Below, piece by piece: positions 10,590 through 20,280 of a stretch of 64,000 bases of DNA; within the stretch, counting starts at the first letter, position 1, and each line of letters opens with the position of its first letter. The stretch comes from Spirochaetales bacterium (GTDB lineage Bacteria > Spirochaetota > Spirochaetia > JABEVK01): positions 64,001 through 128,000 of the forward strand of contig JBAXAI010000004.1 in NCBI GenBank assembly GCA_037142615.1. Reading direction: 5' to 3'. Below the pieces are notes generated by a model. That model did not search any database, was not told the origin of the DNA, and worked only from the letters and a program-made list of their open reading frames with translations. Made by a program: the position numbers and the translations under genes.

Positions 10590-12211
10590 AACTGGACCTC
10601 AGGGCCCTTGACCGCGAGTTTGCCCACTTGCTGCAACAACATTGGCAGGCCACGTCCGAGGTAGCCGAGGCCGGTGCTCAGGTGAGTGCGGCGCTCGGCC
10701 AGGGCGACACCAGGGTTGCGTGGAGCGCGGTCCCCGACCTAAAGGGAGTTCCCGCCGTTGCTGAGGTCGCTTCTGACACTGATCTTGGCGTCAGGACCGA
10801 ACCCGCACGGCGGCCCTTGGTACTCGACGGCGATTTTATTGCCCTTCATCGTCCGTGGACGCAGGAACACCGATTGGCGCGGACCTTTCGTAGTTTGTCG
10901 CTCCCCACGGCCGAAACGTTGCTCCCTGGTACCCTCGGACTGCTCGACCAGTTGTTTCCTCCAAGACTCGCCGAAACTTTGCAGCGTCAGGCGGCCTTGT
11001 TGCCCTTTCAGTCGCGCTTGGCGGTCATTTCCGGCGGTCCCGGCACGGGCAAGACCCGGGTTCTGGCCCGCTTGCTGGCCTTGGTCTACGAACAGGCCCT
11101 GGGAGCAGGCTTGGCTCCGCCCCGGGTGGCTCTTTGCGCCCCCACGGGCAAGGCCGCCCGGCGCATGGCCGAGGCTTTGGCCAAAGCCGTTGCCGACGAT
11201 CCAGAGACGCTTGCGCCCTACGCCGAGCTCAAGGCCCTGCTTCCGGTTACGATCCACCGCCTGCTCGGCCTCGGCGGGCCGCTCAACGTGGATCTGGTTG
11301 CCGTCGACGAAGCCTCGATGGTCGACTTGGGGTTGATGGACGCCTTGCTCAGCGCGCTCCCGCCCAGGGCAAAACTCGTGCTTCTTGGTGACGCCGACCA
11401 GTTGCCTCCCGTCGAGCCAGGCCGAGTACTTGGCGATCTCGTGGCTGGCCTGGTCAGTCTGCAACCCACTCCAGTGGTGGTGCTCACCCACTCGTACCGC
11501 TTCGACGGGCAGCAGGCCATCGGCCTCGTCGCACAGGCCGTGAACTCGGGCAACGCCTCGGCAACGCTGGAGGCCCTGCGTCGTCCCGTCACGTCCGACT
11601 CCAGTTGCACCCTGGAGCCACTTTTCGTTCCTCAGCAGGTCGTAGAAATGTTGCGTCGGAAGTTCGCGCCTTTTTTGGCGACCCGGACCCCTCAAACGGC
11701 CTGGGACGCGCTCGATTCGTACTTGGCGCTGGCTGTCGTGAACGATGGCCCTTGGGGTCAGGTCGGCCTCAACCAGGCCCTCGTGGAAGTCTTGCACCCC
11801 GCCGAGCCTCGTCCCGTCATGATCACCGAAAATGACCCGCGGACGGGTCTGTCCAACGGCGAATTGGGCGTAATTCTTCCGGGACCCGGTGGCAATCTGG
11901 CCTGGTTCCGGGGTTTTGAGCGGCCTTTCCCCGAGCCGTTGCTTCCGCCTCACCAAACGGCCTTTGTCATCACCATCCACAAATCTCAGGGCTCGGAGTT
12001 TGATTCGTTGACCGTCGTTCTGCCCCCGGACAGGGAACGCAGCAGGCTCACCCTCAGCCGTGAGTTGCTCTACACAGCCATCACCCGCGCTAAGCGTCAC
12101 TGTGTGCTCGTTGCCACCGAGGACCAGCTGCGCCAAGCGGTGGCCACGCCCAACCAGCGTCAGTCGGGCCTGCTCGACAAGCTCGCCCGATGGAAAAACC
12201 CGACCCCATAG
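10586..12211 (+). CDS. recD: Exodeoxyribonuclease V alpha subunit
   Basis: SGGPGTGKT, APTGKAA, VDEASMVD, LGDADQLPPV, TIHKSQGSEF, ELLYTAITRA. Confidence 0.95.
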   Translation: MKLDLRALDREFAHLLQQHWQATSEVAEAGAQVSAALGQGDTRVAWSAVPDLKGVPAVAEVASDTDLGVRTEPARRPLVLDGDFIALHRPWTQEHRLARTFRSLSLPTAETLLPGTLGLLDQLFPPRLAETLQRQAALLPFQSRLAVISGGPGTGKTRVLARLLALVYEQALGAGLAPPRVALCAPTGKAARRMAEALAKAVADDPETLAPYAELKALLPVTIHRLLGLGGPLNVDLVAVDEASMVDLGLMDALLSALPPRAKLVLLGDADQLPPVEPGRVLGDLVAGLVSLQPTPVVVLTHSYRFDGQQAIGLVAQAVNSGNASATLEALRRPVTSDSSCTLEPLFVPQQVVEMLRRKFAPFLATRTPQTAWDALDSYLALAVVNDGPWGQVGLNQALVEVLHPAEPRPVMITENDPRTGLSNGELGVILPGPGGNLAWFRGFERPFPEPLLPPHQTAFVITIHKSQGSEFDSLTVVLPPDRERSRLTLSRELLYTAITRAKRHCVLVATEDQLRQAVATPNQRQSGLLDKLARWKNPTP

Positions 12212-12225
12212 CTCATACTGTTGGG

Positions 12226-13101
12226 ATGATTCACCTCGAAAATGATTACCTCAAGGCCTCGTTCCTCACCAAGGGCGCCGAGTGGCGCAGTTTTGTCGCC
12301 AAACCCAAGGGGCAGGAGTTCCTGTGGAACGCCGACCCCGCCTTCTGGGGAAAGTCCTCCCCTCTTCTGTTTCCCATCGTGGGCAGCCTTCGCGGCGGTG
12401 AATACCAGTATGAGGGACAGACCTACCGCATGGGACGCCATGGGTTGGCCCGCGACCGGGAGTTTGTGGTCAAGGAGCAAGAGGTCTGGCGAGTCGTGTT
12501 GGTCCAAACCTCCGACGCCGAAACCCGCAAAGCCTATCCTTTTGACTGGGAACTTGAGGTGGAATACCGGTTGTGGAAGCGCGTGATGCACACCACGTGG
12601 CGCGTGCGCAATACCGGAACCCAGGTGATGCCCTTCAGCATCGGCGCCCACCCGGCTTTCGCGCTCCCTCTGGGTGGCGGAGACGGGGCTTTTGAAGACA
12701 GCTTTCTCGACTTTGAACTGGTGGAACCGCTTGAGCGCTGGATGCTCGACGCCAACGGCTTGCTGTCGGGCGAAACCCGCCCGTTGCCAACCGTCGGCCG
12801 CTCGCTGGTGCTCACCCGCTCGCTTTTCGCCGAAGACGCCGTGGTGATCAAACGGCCCAAGTCGAGCCGGATCACCTTGCGTGCCAAAGACTCGCCCCTC
12901 AGCCTGAGCCTCGAGTTCCCTGGCTTCAGCCATCTTGGCCTTTGGAGCGCTCCCAACGCGCCCTTCGTCTGCCTGGAACCTTGGTGCGGCGTCACCGACA
13001 GCGTAACGTCCACCGGCAACATGGCCGACAAAGAGGGCATTCAGCTCCTCGCTCCCGGGGGACTCTTCGAAAAGAGCTACGCGGTCACCGTAGAGGCCTA
13101 A
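12226..13101 (+). CDS. Aldose 1-epimerase family protein (LacX-like)
   Basis: LFPIVG, HGLARD, IGAHPAF, FVCLEPWCG. Confidence 0.9.
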   Translation: MIHLENDYLKASFLTKGAEWRSFVAKPKGQEFLWNADPAFWGKSSPLLFPIVGSLRGGEYQYEGQTYRMGRHGLARDREFVVKEQEVWRVVLVQTSDAETRKAYPFDWELEVEYRLWKRVMHTTWRVRNTGTQVMPFSIGAHPAFALPLGGGDGAFEDSFLDFELVEPLERWMLDANGLLSGETRPLPTVGRSLVLTRSLFAEDAVVIKRPKSSRITLRAKDSPLSLSLEFPGFSHLGLWSAPNAPFVCLEPWCGVTDSVTSTGNMADKEGIQLLAPGGLFEKSYAVTVEA

Positions 13102-13110
13102 GTACCTCTA

Positions 13111-14421
13111 TCAGAACGAGAAGGCCTCGAATATGATACGGCGCTTGGGAATGCCCAGACTCCGGAGCGCCGGTACCACCTGTGAACGGATGCGCTCGGA
13201 AGAGCACAGGTACACCTGAAACTTCTTGGGGTGCACCAACTCCTCGGTGAACAACTGCGCATCGTAGAGCTTGTAATCTTCCTTGTACACAAAGGTCTTG
13301 ACCTTGAGGTTGGGCATGATTTTGACGAGTTCCGAGATCTTCTCGGGCTCCAGCAGTTCATCGCGCTCCGTGACAGCCTGCAGGTACACCACCTCGCGGG
13401 TCCTGTCTTTGTACCCGAGTTCCTTGAGCAGTCCGATCAAAGGTGCCACGCCGATGCCCGAGCCGATCAGCGCCAGCGGACGTTGAGTGTGTCCCCGGCG
13501 GATCGGGTTGAAGGACCCAAAGCCGGCGTTGATGCGCACCTTGTCTCCCGGCTTTATCTGCCCGAGCCTATTGGTAAAGTCCCCCAGTTCGCGGATCGCA
13601 AAGCCCACGGTGTCTTCCTCTTCCGTCGAGGTGAAGCTGAAGGGATGCTCTTCGCCGCGCATTCCGGGAACGAGGAAGCGAAGAAAGGCAAACTGTCCCG
13701 CGTGGTATTTCATCTTGGGGTGCTTGCCCAGCGCCAAACGGGCGATGCCGCCGGAATGCGAGATGGACCGGACCTCGAGCACCGGGAGCATGTATTCGCG
13801 CACCCTGGAAATCAGCCACAAGAGCACCGTGGCGGCGAACAGAATCTGAAACGCCCAAGCGGAAACCGGCGGCAGGTTGTGCGAGTTGTTGGGGTCCAGG
13901 ATGGCCAGGCCTCGGTCGGCCACGTGCCACCAACTGAAGGCCGCCAGTACAATGAACAGCACCCGGTGGCTGCTCTTGAGGAAGTCGTAGGCCCGAGCCA
14001 GCACGAGTTTACGCAGCCCGGGCAGGGGGATCCAGATCACCGAAAGCACCATCAGCACCCCAAAAACTGGCAGCGGGATCCAGCTGAACAGGTCAATGGA
14101 CTGCGGATTCAAGAAGATCGTGTAGACCCCGTGCCACAGCAGCAGAGCCGTCACGCCGAAGGTGCTCCAAATGTGGTAACGGATGCGCAGGTCGTGGGGT
14201 AGGCCGTTCTGCAACAGCGGCAGCTTGAGCGAAAGCAGCACGTTGGCCAACAGCCAATGGTAGCTGAAAATCGACGAGACAAAATTGAAGGCCTGCAGCG
14301 GATCCAACTCGGCCGCGAACGGTCCACCCCCCGCCAGAAACTGCTGTATGTACGCAAAGCTCTGGAGGGCAGGCAGGACCAAATACAAGAACAGAAGAAC
14401 CAGCGTTCCGCGGGGTTTCAT
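13111..14421 (-). CDS. Ferric-reductase-like transmembrane FAD/NAD(P)-binding oxidoreductase
   Basis: About six TM helices with His pairs (RYH...LWH; SSH...WWH), GQFAFL, EHPFSFTS (FAD), GSGIGVAP (NAD) and a terminal EAFSF. Confidence 0.85.
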   Translation of the reverse strand: MKPRGTLVLLFLYLVLPALQSFAYIQQFLAGGGPFAAELDPLQAFNFVSSIFSYHWLLANVLLSLKLPLLQNGLPHDLRIRYHIWSTFGVTALLLWHGVYTIFLNPQSIDLFSWIPLPVFGVLMVLSVIWIPLPGLRKLVLARAYDFLKSSHRVLFIVLAAFSWWHVADRGLAILDPNNSHNLPPVSAWAFQILFAATVLLWLISRVREYMLPVLEVRSISHSGGIARLALGKHPKMKYHAGQFAFLRFLVPGMRGEEHPFSFTSTEEEDTVGFAIRELGDFTNRLGQIKPGDKVRINAGFGSFNPIRRGHTQRPLALIGSGIGVAPLIGLLKELGYKDRTREVVYLQAVTERDELLEPEKISELVKIMPNLKVKTFVYKEDYKLYDAQLFTEELVHPKKFQVYLCSSERIRSQVVPALRSLGIPKRRIIFEAFSF

Positions 14422-14430
14422 GGCAGAGCC

Positions 14431-14919
14431 TTACTTGGTGGCCAGGTAGTCGGCGAGAACTTGCACCCACTCGACGTGCATCTGCTGGGCACCGCGTCCC
14501 CACGAGGTGGCAGCCGACACACCATCAACGCCTGCGACGTTTGATTTGGCCGTAAACGGCGTCACTGCCATGCTGTTGCTGCGGCTCAGCATATCCACCA
14601 GATAGAGTTCCTTCGGTGCCGAGTACGACTTCATGAACCTGGCCAGCGTCGGGTCGACTCCGCTTGTCGTGTTGGTGCTGATGACGACGACCGACTTGAA
14701 CTGACCGGCCTTGACAGTGCTGGGATCGAGCGTCGCGTAGATGCTGTAGGGCAGTCCCGCCATTTGGAACTCCTGGCGGATGAAGTTGTACGTATGGCGG
14801 TTCACCTCGGTATTTCCGTTGAACACCAGCATGATGTTGTTGGCCGTGGCGGCGAACCCAGCCAGGGGCGTGAGGGCCAAGAGGGCGGTCAGGAACACGG
14901 TCTTCAAAAGGGCTTTCAT
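14431..14919 (-). CDS. Exported hypothetical protein
   Basis: AGGAG RBS; signal peptide MKALLK...AGFA; no recognised domain. Confidence 0.7.
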   Translation of the reverse strand: MKALLKTVFLTALLALTPLAGFAATANNIMLVFNGNTEVNRHTYNFIRQEFQMAGLPYSIYATLDPSTVKAGQFKSVVVISTNTTSGVDPTLARFMKSYSAPKELYLVDMLSRSNSMAVTPFTAKSNVAGVDGVSAATSWGRGAQQMHVEWVQVLADYLATK

Positions 14920-14953
14920 GAGTATCTCCTATCCTGAGTAAAGCAATCATCAT

Positions 14954-14997
14954 GCCAAAAAAAAAGGCCCCCGGTAGCCGGTAGGCCTCTTTTTGGC
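14954..14997 (-). terminator. Intrinsic terminator-like hairpin
   Basis: Minus strand reads AGGCCTACCGG-CTA-CCGGGGGCCT followed by a T run; lies after the stop at 15032. Confidence 0.7.
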
Positions 14998-15031
14998 GGG
15001 AAAAACTTTCCGCTTGGGAAAAGCTTTCCCG

Positions 15032-15676
15032 TTATTCCGACTTCGGCGCCGCTGGTTTGGGAGCGACCGGAGCCTTCTTCTTCTTTTTGCCCAGGAAGAC
15101 CTTGTCGCCGGGCATGGCCGCGCTGAACAGCGCCGAACCCCACTTGCCCAACACCGAAGCCGCGACAAGCGACACCAACGCACAGATCACATAGCCCATC
15201 CAGAGGCCAAACGCAGCCTGACCTTCAAACGTGCCGAGGGCTGGAAGAATGGCCTGTACGATCGAGGCTACCATAAGCACCGACCCGATCACCAGTTTCT
15301 GGGTAAGTCGCGGTGTACTGAGTTTGCGATAACGGACCTTACCATCGACAACACCGGTCGCGAAACCACCGAGAACCATGAGCGGGAACAGCCAACTGAG
15401 GAACTGGATGACCGGCCAGAAGAACGAAACCTGGTAGGCGGCCGGAATCAGTGGGTAAGCAACGGCAAGCAACAAAAGCATCGGGGAAATCGCGTTGGGA
15501 AGGTGCACCACGATGGGGTGAACGTGCAGTTCGAGCCACATGCGGCGGGCGGCACCGACTTTGTCTTCCCAGGGCTCGAACATCTCTTTCTTGACGCCGC
15601 AAGCAGGGCAGACTTCGCCGAGCGCGTCCTTGTCCATGATGTACCCGCAGGCTTTGCAGCGCACATGTTCTTTCAT
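15032..15676 (-). CDS. Rubredoxin-like domain fused to a DUF2231-like membrane domain
   Basis: CKACGY-x-CPACG followed by HPIVVHLP and four TM helices; CAGGAG RBS. Confidence 0.8.
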   Translation of the reverse strand: MKEHVRCKACGYIMDKDALGEVCPACGVKKEMFEPWEDKVGAARRMWLELHVHPIVVHLPNAISPMLLLLAVAYPLIPAAYQVSFFWPVIQFLSWLFPLMVLGGFATGVVDGKVRYRKLSTPRLTQKLVIGSVLMVASIVQAILPALGTFEGQAAFGLWMGYVICALVSLVAASVLGKWGSALFSAAMPGDKVFLGKKKKKAPVAPKPAAPKSE

Positions 15677-15705
15677 CGCGTACTCCTGTTGGAAAAAGCC
15701 TCTTG

Positions 15706-15743
15706 AAAAAAAAAGGAGTCGCGAGCGCGAAGCCCACGACTCC
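15706..15743 (-). terminator. Intrinsic terminator-like hairpin after cydB
   Basis: Stem GGAGTCG/CGACTCC followed by a 9-T run on the minus strand. Confidence 0.75.
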
Positions 15744-15753
15744 CTTAGGTCAA

Positions 15754-16806
15754 TTAATAGTGCAGGTTGGTCTTGTGGTCAACCTTGCCCTTGAAAATCC
15801 GGAACACGAGAATGGTGTAGACCGCCGTGATGGCCAAAGCGATCACGGCAGCGATGCCGATGAACTGGAGGCTGTTCAGCGGGTTCGACACGCCTTCCTT
15901 GAAGATGGTCAGGTCAAACTGCGCGCCCAGACTCGAGTGCACCATGGTCGGGAACTGGATGGCACCGATGAGCACGAAAGCGCCCGCAATGATCGAAGAC
16001 GACCCGATAAACGCCAGGGTCTCTTTGTCCTTCTTGTAGTTCAGGAACACGACGGCAAGGCCACCAAGCACCAGAACCAGTGCGATCACCAGACCAATCA
16101 CGTAGAGCGGATGAACAGCGCCGTCAAAGATGCTCGGCAGGAACAGCGACTGGGCCACGACAGCCACCAGCAACACGGCCGCCAGAACCAATTGCAGGGG
16201 CAGGTTCTTGCGCGCGTCTTCTGCCACCGGACCTACCATCTTCTTGATGACGTAGGTGGAGCCGTGAACCCAGCACACCGACACGACGGCGAGGCCCATA
16301 GTCACCGAGAAGGGACTCAGGACTTCCCAGAACCCGTTGGCGGGGTCCCATTCCATCTTGGCGTTGTAGGGCAAGCCGGCGATCGTCCCACCGATGGCGA
16401 CACCGGCCACGAACGGAATCGTGAAGCTGGCGGCGGCAAAGGTCCATTCCCAAAAGGCCTTGTTGCCGGTCTCGTTGTTCCAAGCCTCGAACACCACCGG
16501 ACGAAGCATGATGAAGACGAGAACCACAACCAGCCAGGGGTACAGCCCCGAAAGCAGGCCGGCAAACACCACGGGGAAGGTCGCGAAGATCGCGCCGCCG
16601 CCGATGAGGCCGTAGAGCTCGTTTCCGTCCCAGACAGGCCACATGGTGTTCAGGACACCGCGTTTTTGGTGCTCGTCCTTGAGGAAGGGAAGGTTCATCC
16701 CGATGCCGAGGTCAAAGCCGTCCAGCCAGATGAACAGGAAAAGCGCGGCCCCGATAAGCAGGAACCACAGGGTCTGCCAAAAGGCAATGTTGTTGAAGAA
16801 ATCCAT
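15754..16806 (-). CDS. cydB: Cytochrome bd oxidase subunit II
   Basis: LDGFDLGIG, PVWDGNE, GGAIFATFP. Confidence 0.95.
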   Translation of the reverse strand: MDFFNNIAFWQTLWFLLIGAALFLFIWLDGFDLGIGMNLPFLKDEHQKRGVLNTMWPVWDGNELYGLIGGGAIFATFPVVFAGLLSGLYPWLVVVLVFIMLRPVVFEAWNNETGNKAFWEWTFAAASFTIPFVAGVAIGGTIAGLPYNAKMEWDPANGFWEVLSPFSVTMGLAVVSVCWVHGSTYVIKKMVGPVAEDARKNLPLQLVLAAVLLVAVVAQSLFLPSIFDGAVHPLYVIGLVIALVLVLGGLAVVFLNYKKDKETLAFIGSSSIIAGAFVLIGAIQFPTMVHSSLGAQFDLTIFKEGVSNPLNSLQFIGIAAVIALAITAVYTILVFRIFKGKVDHKTNLHY

Positions 16807-18176
16807 TATGCCTTACCTCCTTCGCTGTGGCCGCCCGAGATTCCGGCCTTGATCATCTTGGGCAGGAAGCGGAAGAACACGATGTAGACCACCACATAGA
16901 CCAAGTTGAAGAAAATGAGTGAGAACCAGACGTTCCCCTCAGACTGATTCTGGGTGATCGCCTGCTGGAGTACCATCCCCGGGTAGTTGTCAAACGGGTA
17001 GATGATGAAAGGCTGGCGACCGACTTCGGCGGTGAACCAACCCGAAAGCAGCGAGACGTAGGGCAGCACCGAAGTCCAGATGACCACGTTCAGCGACTTC
17101 TTCTTGCGGATCAGGGTATCCTTCCAGAAGAAGATCATCGCGAGCAGAATGACGCCCAACGCGGTGGTTCCGGTGAGCACCATCAGGCGGAACGACTGGA
17201 AAATCGCGTTCACCGGTGGAATCTGGCCGCCGGTCTTGGCCAGCAGAGCCGGATCATTCAGGCCCTTGACTTCGAAGTTGGTGTCAAACGTGTAGAACCA
17301 GCTCAACATGCCCGGAACCGAGAAGCCGCTCGTGGTCTTGGTGGCTTCATCGACCCAGCCGAAGAAGTACAAGGGAGCGTTCTTCTGGGTTTCGTAGATG
17401 CCTTCCATGGCAGCGCCCTTGGCGGGTTGGGTCTTTTCGATCTCGAGGGTCGAAGCATGGCCGATCAGGGGCATGGCAATGGCGGCGACAAGCGCGACCG
17501 AACCGGCCCACAGCATCAGTGTCTTGGCCAGCGGAACTTCGCGCTCGTGCTTGAAGTGCCAGGCGGCCGCGGCAACCAGAAGGAAGGCAGCGGTCATCCA
17601 CGCACCGGTAATGGTGTGCAGGAAGCGCAACAGGGTCGACGGGTTGAAGTTCACGGCCCAGAAGCTGTCCATGATGAGCTTGCCGGTTGCTGCGTCGAGG
17701 TGCACGCCGGCCGGGGTTTGCATCCAGCTGTTGGCCATGATGATGATCAGGGCCGACACGTGCGAGCCCAGGAAAACGAACACTGCGCTCAGCCAGTACC
17801 AGACGGGTTTCATCTTGTCGCGGCCGAAGAACAGCACGCCGATGAACACCGATTCCAGGGTAAAGGCTACGGTGGCCTCGACGGCCAACTGCACGCCAAA
17901 GTACGAGCCGGCATGCTTCGAGAACTCGGCCCAGTTCATACCAAACGCGAACGGGAGGGGCAGACCAGTCGCCACGCCCAAAGCGAAAACCAAGGTCAGA
18001 AGGCGGATCGCGAAGTTGCTAAGCTTCTTGAACTCTTCCTTCTTCGTGAAAAGGTAGGCACTTTCCACCAGCAAGATGAAAAACGCCAGGCCCAGCGTGG
18101 TGGGCGGGAAAATGAAGTGGAGCCCTGCTTCGAGTCCGAATTGGACCCGGGAGAGCAGGAGCACTAAGCCATCCAT
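16806..18176 (-). CDS. cydA: Cytochrome bd oxidase subunit I (short Q-loop)
   Basis: HFIFPP, GVATG, ANSWMQTP, RFLH, QPAKGAAMEG, FRLMV, GWFTAEVGRQP. Confidence 0.96.
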   Translation of the reverse strand: MDGLVLLLSRVQFGLEAGLHFIFPPTTLGLAFFILLVESAYLFTKKEEFKKLSNFAIRLLTLVFALGVATGLPLPFAFGMNWAEFSKHAGSYFGVQLAVEATVAFTLESVFIGVLFFGRDKMKPVWYWLSAVFVFLGSHVSALIIIMANSWMQTPAGVHLDAATGKLIMDSFWAVNFNPSTLLRFLHTITGAWMTAAFLLVAAAAWHFKHEREVPLAKTLMLWAGSVALVAAIAMPLIGHASTLEIEKTQPAKGAAMEGIYETQKNAPLYFFGWVDEATKTTSGFSVPGMLSWFYTFDTNFEVKGLNDPALLAKTGGQIPPVNAIFQSFRLMVLTGTTALGVILLAMIFFWKDTLIRKKKSLNVVIWTSVLPYVSLLSGWFTAEVGRQPFIIYPFDNYPGMVLQQAITQNQSEGNVWFSLIFFNLVYVVVYIVFFRFLPKMIKAGISGGHSEGGKA

Positions 18177-18198
18177 AACAATACCTCTCTTTAGATTT

Positions 18199-19077
18199 CT
18201 AGTTTCTGCCTACGGCAAAACTTTCAAAAACGAAAAAAAAGACCATCAGACCCGAGGCCATCAGGTTCATGCCCATTGTGCGGCCAAAGTCTGCGCGCGA
18301 TGGTTGCCCCCAGCAGGTCCAGGCCCACCAAAGAAAATATACGACAGTGGGCGCCTCGAGGCCGAGGAACAGGAAGACCAGCGGCCAGCCACCATGGCCC
18401 AAGAAAAGGAACACAAACGAAAGCACGGCCAAGAACAAAAAGGCACCCGACAACACGAACGTGCCCCGGATGCCAACGCGCCGACTTACGGTCAAATCGC
18501 CGTGCGCCGCGTCTTCCTCATGCTGGTAAATCTGCGTCAGCGGATACACCCCCATCAGGAACAACGCCGCTGTCAACGCCCCTAGCCAAAGCAACGGATC
18601 GCTCCATAGCCGCATGCTCCCGACGGTCTGAACCACCGCCAAGTAGGTCAGCGCCCCTTGAACGACGCCGACACCAAGCCAGCCCGCCCAGGGACGGCGC
18701 TTGAGACGGGTCACCTTCCAGCTGTAAGCCTTTGAGGCCAAAGTGTACAGCAACATCGCTGCAAAGAACCACGGGCTGACGAACCACGAAGTGACCAGCA
18801 CCGCCGCATCGAGCGCCCAGGCCGTCCAAAACAGGCTTTGGGTCACCGGCGGTGGATTCTTGATACCGCCGATGCTCTTCTCGTCGCGGTCGTACCAGGT
18901 GTTGAAGGCGTGGCTGGCGGGGTAAAGCAAAAAATGAATGATGAAGAACGACAGCCACAGCCGAAAGGTGTCGGGGGCAAGGGTGTCCCAAGCTGCAAAA
19001 AGCCAGATCGGCAACAGGAAGAACGAGAAGGGAATCCGGAGGTGGATCAGCGTGCCGAGCCAGCGTGAGTGAAGCAT
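18199..19077 (-). CDS. UbiA-family prenyltransferase
   Basis: Polytopic; NTWYDRDE first Asp-rich motif; QIYQHEEDAAHGDLT second motif. Confidence 0.82.
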   Translation of the reverse strand: MLHSRWLGTLIHLRIPFSFFLLPIWLFAAWDTLAPDTFRLWLSFFIIHFLLYPASHAFNTWYDRDEKSIGGIKNPPPVTQSLFWTAWALDAAVLVTSWFVSPWFFAAMLLYTLASKAYSWKVTRLKRRPWAGWLGVGVVQGALTYLAVVQTVGSMRLWSDPLLWLGALTAALFLMGVYPLTQIYQHEEDAAHGDLTVSRRVGIRGTFVLSGAFLFLAVLSFVFLFLGHGGWPLVFLFLGLEAPTVVYFLWWAWTCWGQPSRADFGRTMGMNLMASGLMVFFFVFESFAVGRN

Positions 19078-19188
19078 AACGTCAGCTTAAATGAGAATTC
19101 CCGCCTTGAAAAGGTTAATCTTGTTGAAGATAGCCTAAACGGTTTGGATGCAATACTTTATAGGAATAGTCAGAAATAGGAGCCTATC

Positions 19189-20280
19189 ATGCTGAACGAC
19201 CCGCGCCTGCCTGTCACCCTGCTGTCGGGCTTCCTGGGAGCGGGAAAGACGACCGTGCTCAACCACCTGCTGAGCAACCCGCAGGGGCGCCGCCTGGGAG
19301 TGATCGTCAACGACCTGAGTCCCGTCAACATTGACGCGGGGTTGATCGTCCGAAACGACCACGGTCTGGTGGAACTTTCCAACGGCTGTATTTGCTGCAC
19401 CCTCCGTGAAGAACTGGTTGCCCAGATCGCGGCGCTCGCACGCGCTGGTTCCCTGGATGCGCTGCTGATTGAGTCGACCGGAGTTTCGGAGCCGCTTCCT
19501 GTGGCCCAGGGCTTTTTGCTTGAGTCCGACGGGGTGCCCCTGAGCCAACTCGCCCGCGTTGATACCTTGGTAACGGTGGTCGATGCGTCAACTTTTGCCC
19601 AGGACTTCGCCACACTCCAGAAGGTGGAAGACCGGGATTCTGCCGCCCCCGTGGAAGACCGGCGCAACGTGGTAGACTTGCTGGTGGACCAAATCGAGTT
19701 TGCTGACGTGCTGGTGCTCAACAAGACAGACTTGGCTTCAAAGAGGCGACTGGCCGAGACAAGACTGCGGCTCAAAGCGCTCAATCCGCAGGCACTGGTG
19801 ATCGAAACCGTGCGGGGAGCGCTCGACCCCTCGGTGGTTGTCGCCTCCCGTCGCTTTGGCTGGGAAGCCAGCCAGAGTCTGCCGTCCTGGCAACGCGAGC
19901 TCACGGCCAAGCACGTGCCCGAAACGCTGGAGTACGGCATCGCCAACTTCTCGCTGGTCAGCGAAGTCCCCTTTCATCCCGGGCGGCTGTACCGCTTTTT
20001 CGCCAAACGCCGCCCCGCACTGCTGCGCGCCAAGGGGTGGTTCACGCTGGCGACGCAACCGGGTTTCAGTTGGCTGTTCCACCTGGCCGGCCGCAAAAAG
20101 ACCATCGAGTTCGCTGGTCGTTTCACGGGCCGCCACGTTGAGCTGGTTTTTATCGGGCTGTGGAACCCTCGCCAGCGCGAGACTTTCAAGAAAGAACTGG
20201 AAGCGTGTCTGCTGCGCCCCGGCGAGAGCGTCGGCGCGGAACAAGACCCGTTCGCGAGCTATCTGGAGGCAGCAAAATGA
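19189..20280 (+). CDS. COG0523/CobW-family metallochaperone GTPase
   Basis: SGFLGAGKTT, LSNGCICCT, IESTGVSEP, NKTD, PFHPGRL, RAKG. Confidence 0.93.
   Translation: MLNDPRLPVTLLSGFLGAGKTTVLNHLLSNPQGRRLGVIVNDLSPVNIDAGLIVRNDHGLVELSNGCICCTLREELVAQIAALARAGSLDALLIESTGVSEPLPVAQGFLLESDGVPLSQLARVDTLVTVVDASTFAQDFATLQKVEDRDSAAPVEDRRNVVDLLVDQIEFADVLVLNKTDLASKRRLAETRLRLKALNPQALVIETVRGALDPSVVVASRRFGWEASQSLPSWQRELTAKHVPETLEYGIANFSLVSEVPFHPGRLYRFFAKRRPALLRAKGWFTLATQPGFSWLFHLAGRKKTIEFAGRFTGRHVELVFIGLWNPRQRETFKKELEACLLRPGESVGAEQDPFASYLEAAK

Noticed and set aside
17005-17045. CydA GRQPW motif reads GRQPF
   Set aside because: A conservative aromatic change; the heme ligands and quinol-binding residues appear intact
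19086-19175. Fur/Zur-like box between the UbiA-like and CobW genes (AATGAGAAT half-site)
   Set aside because: Only a half-site matches; no convincing palindrome
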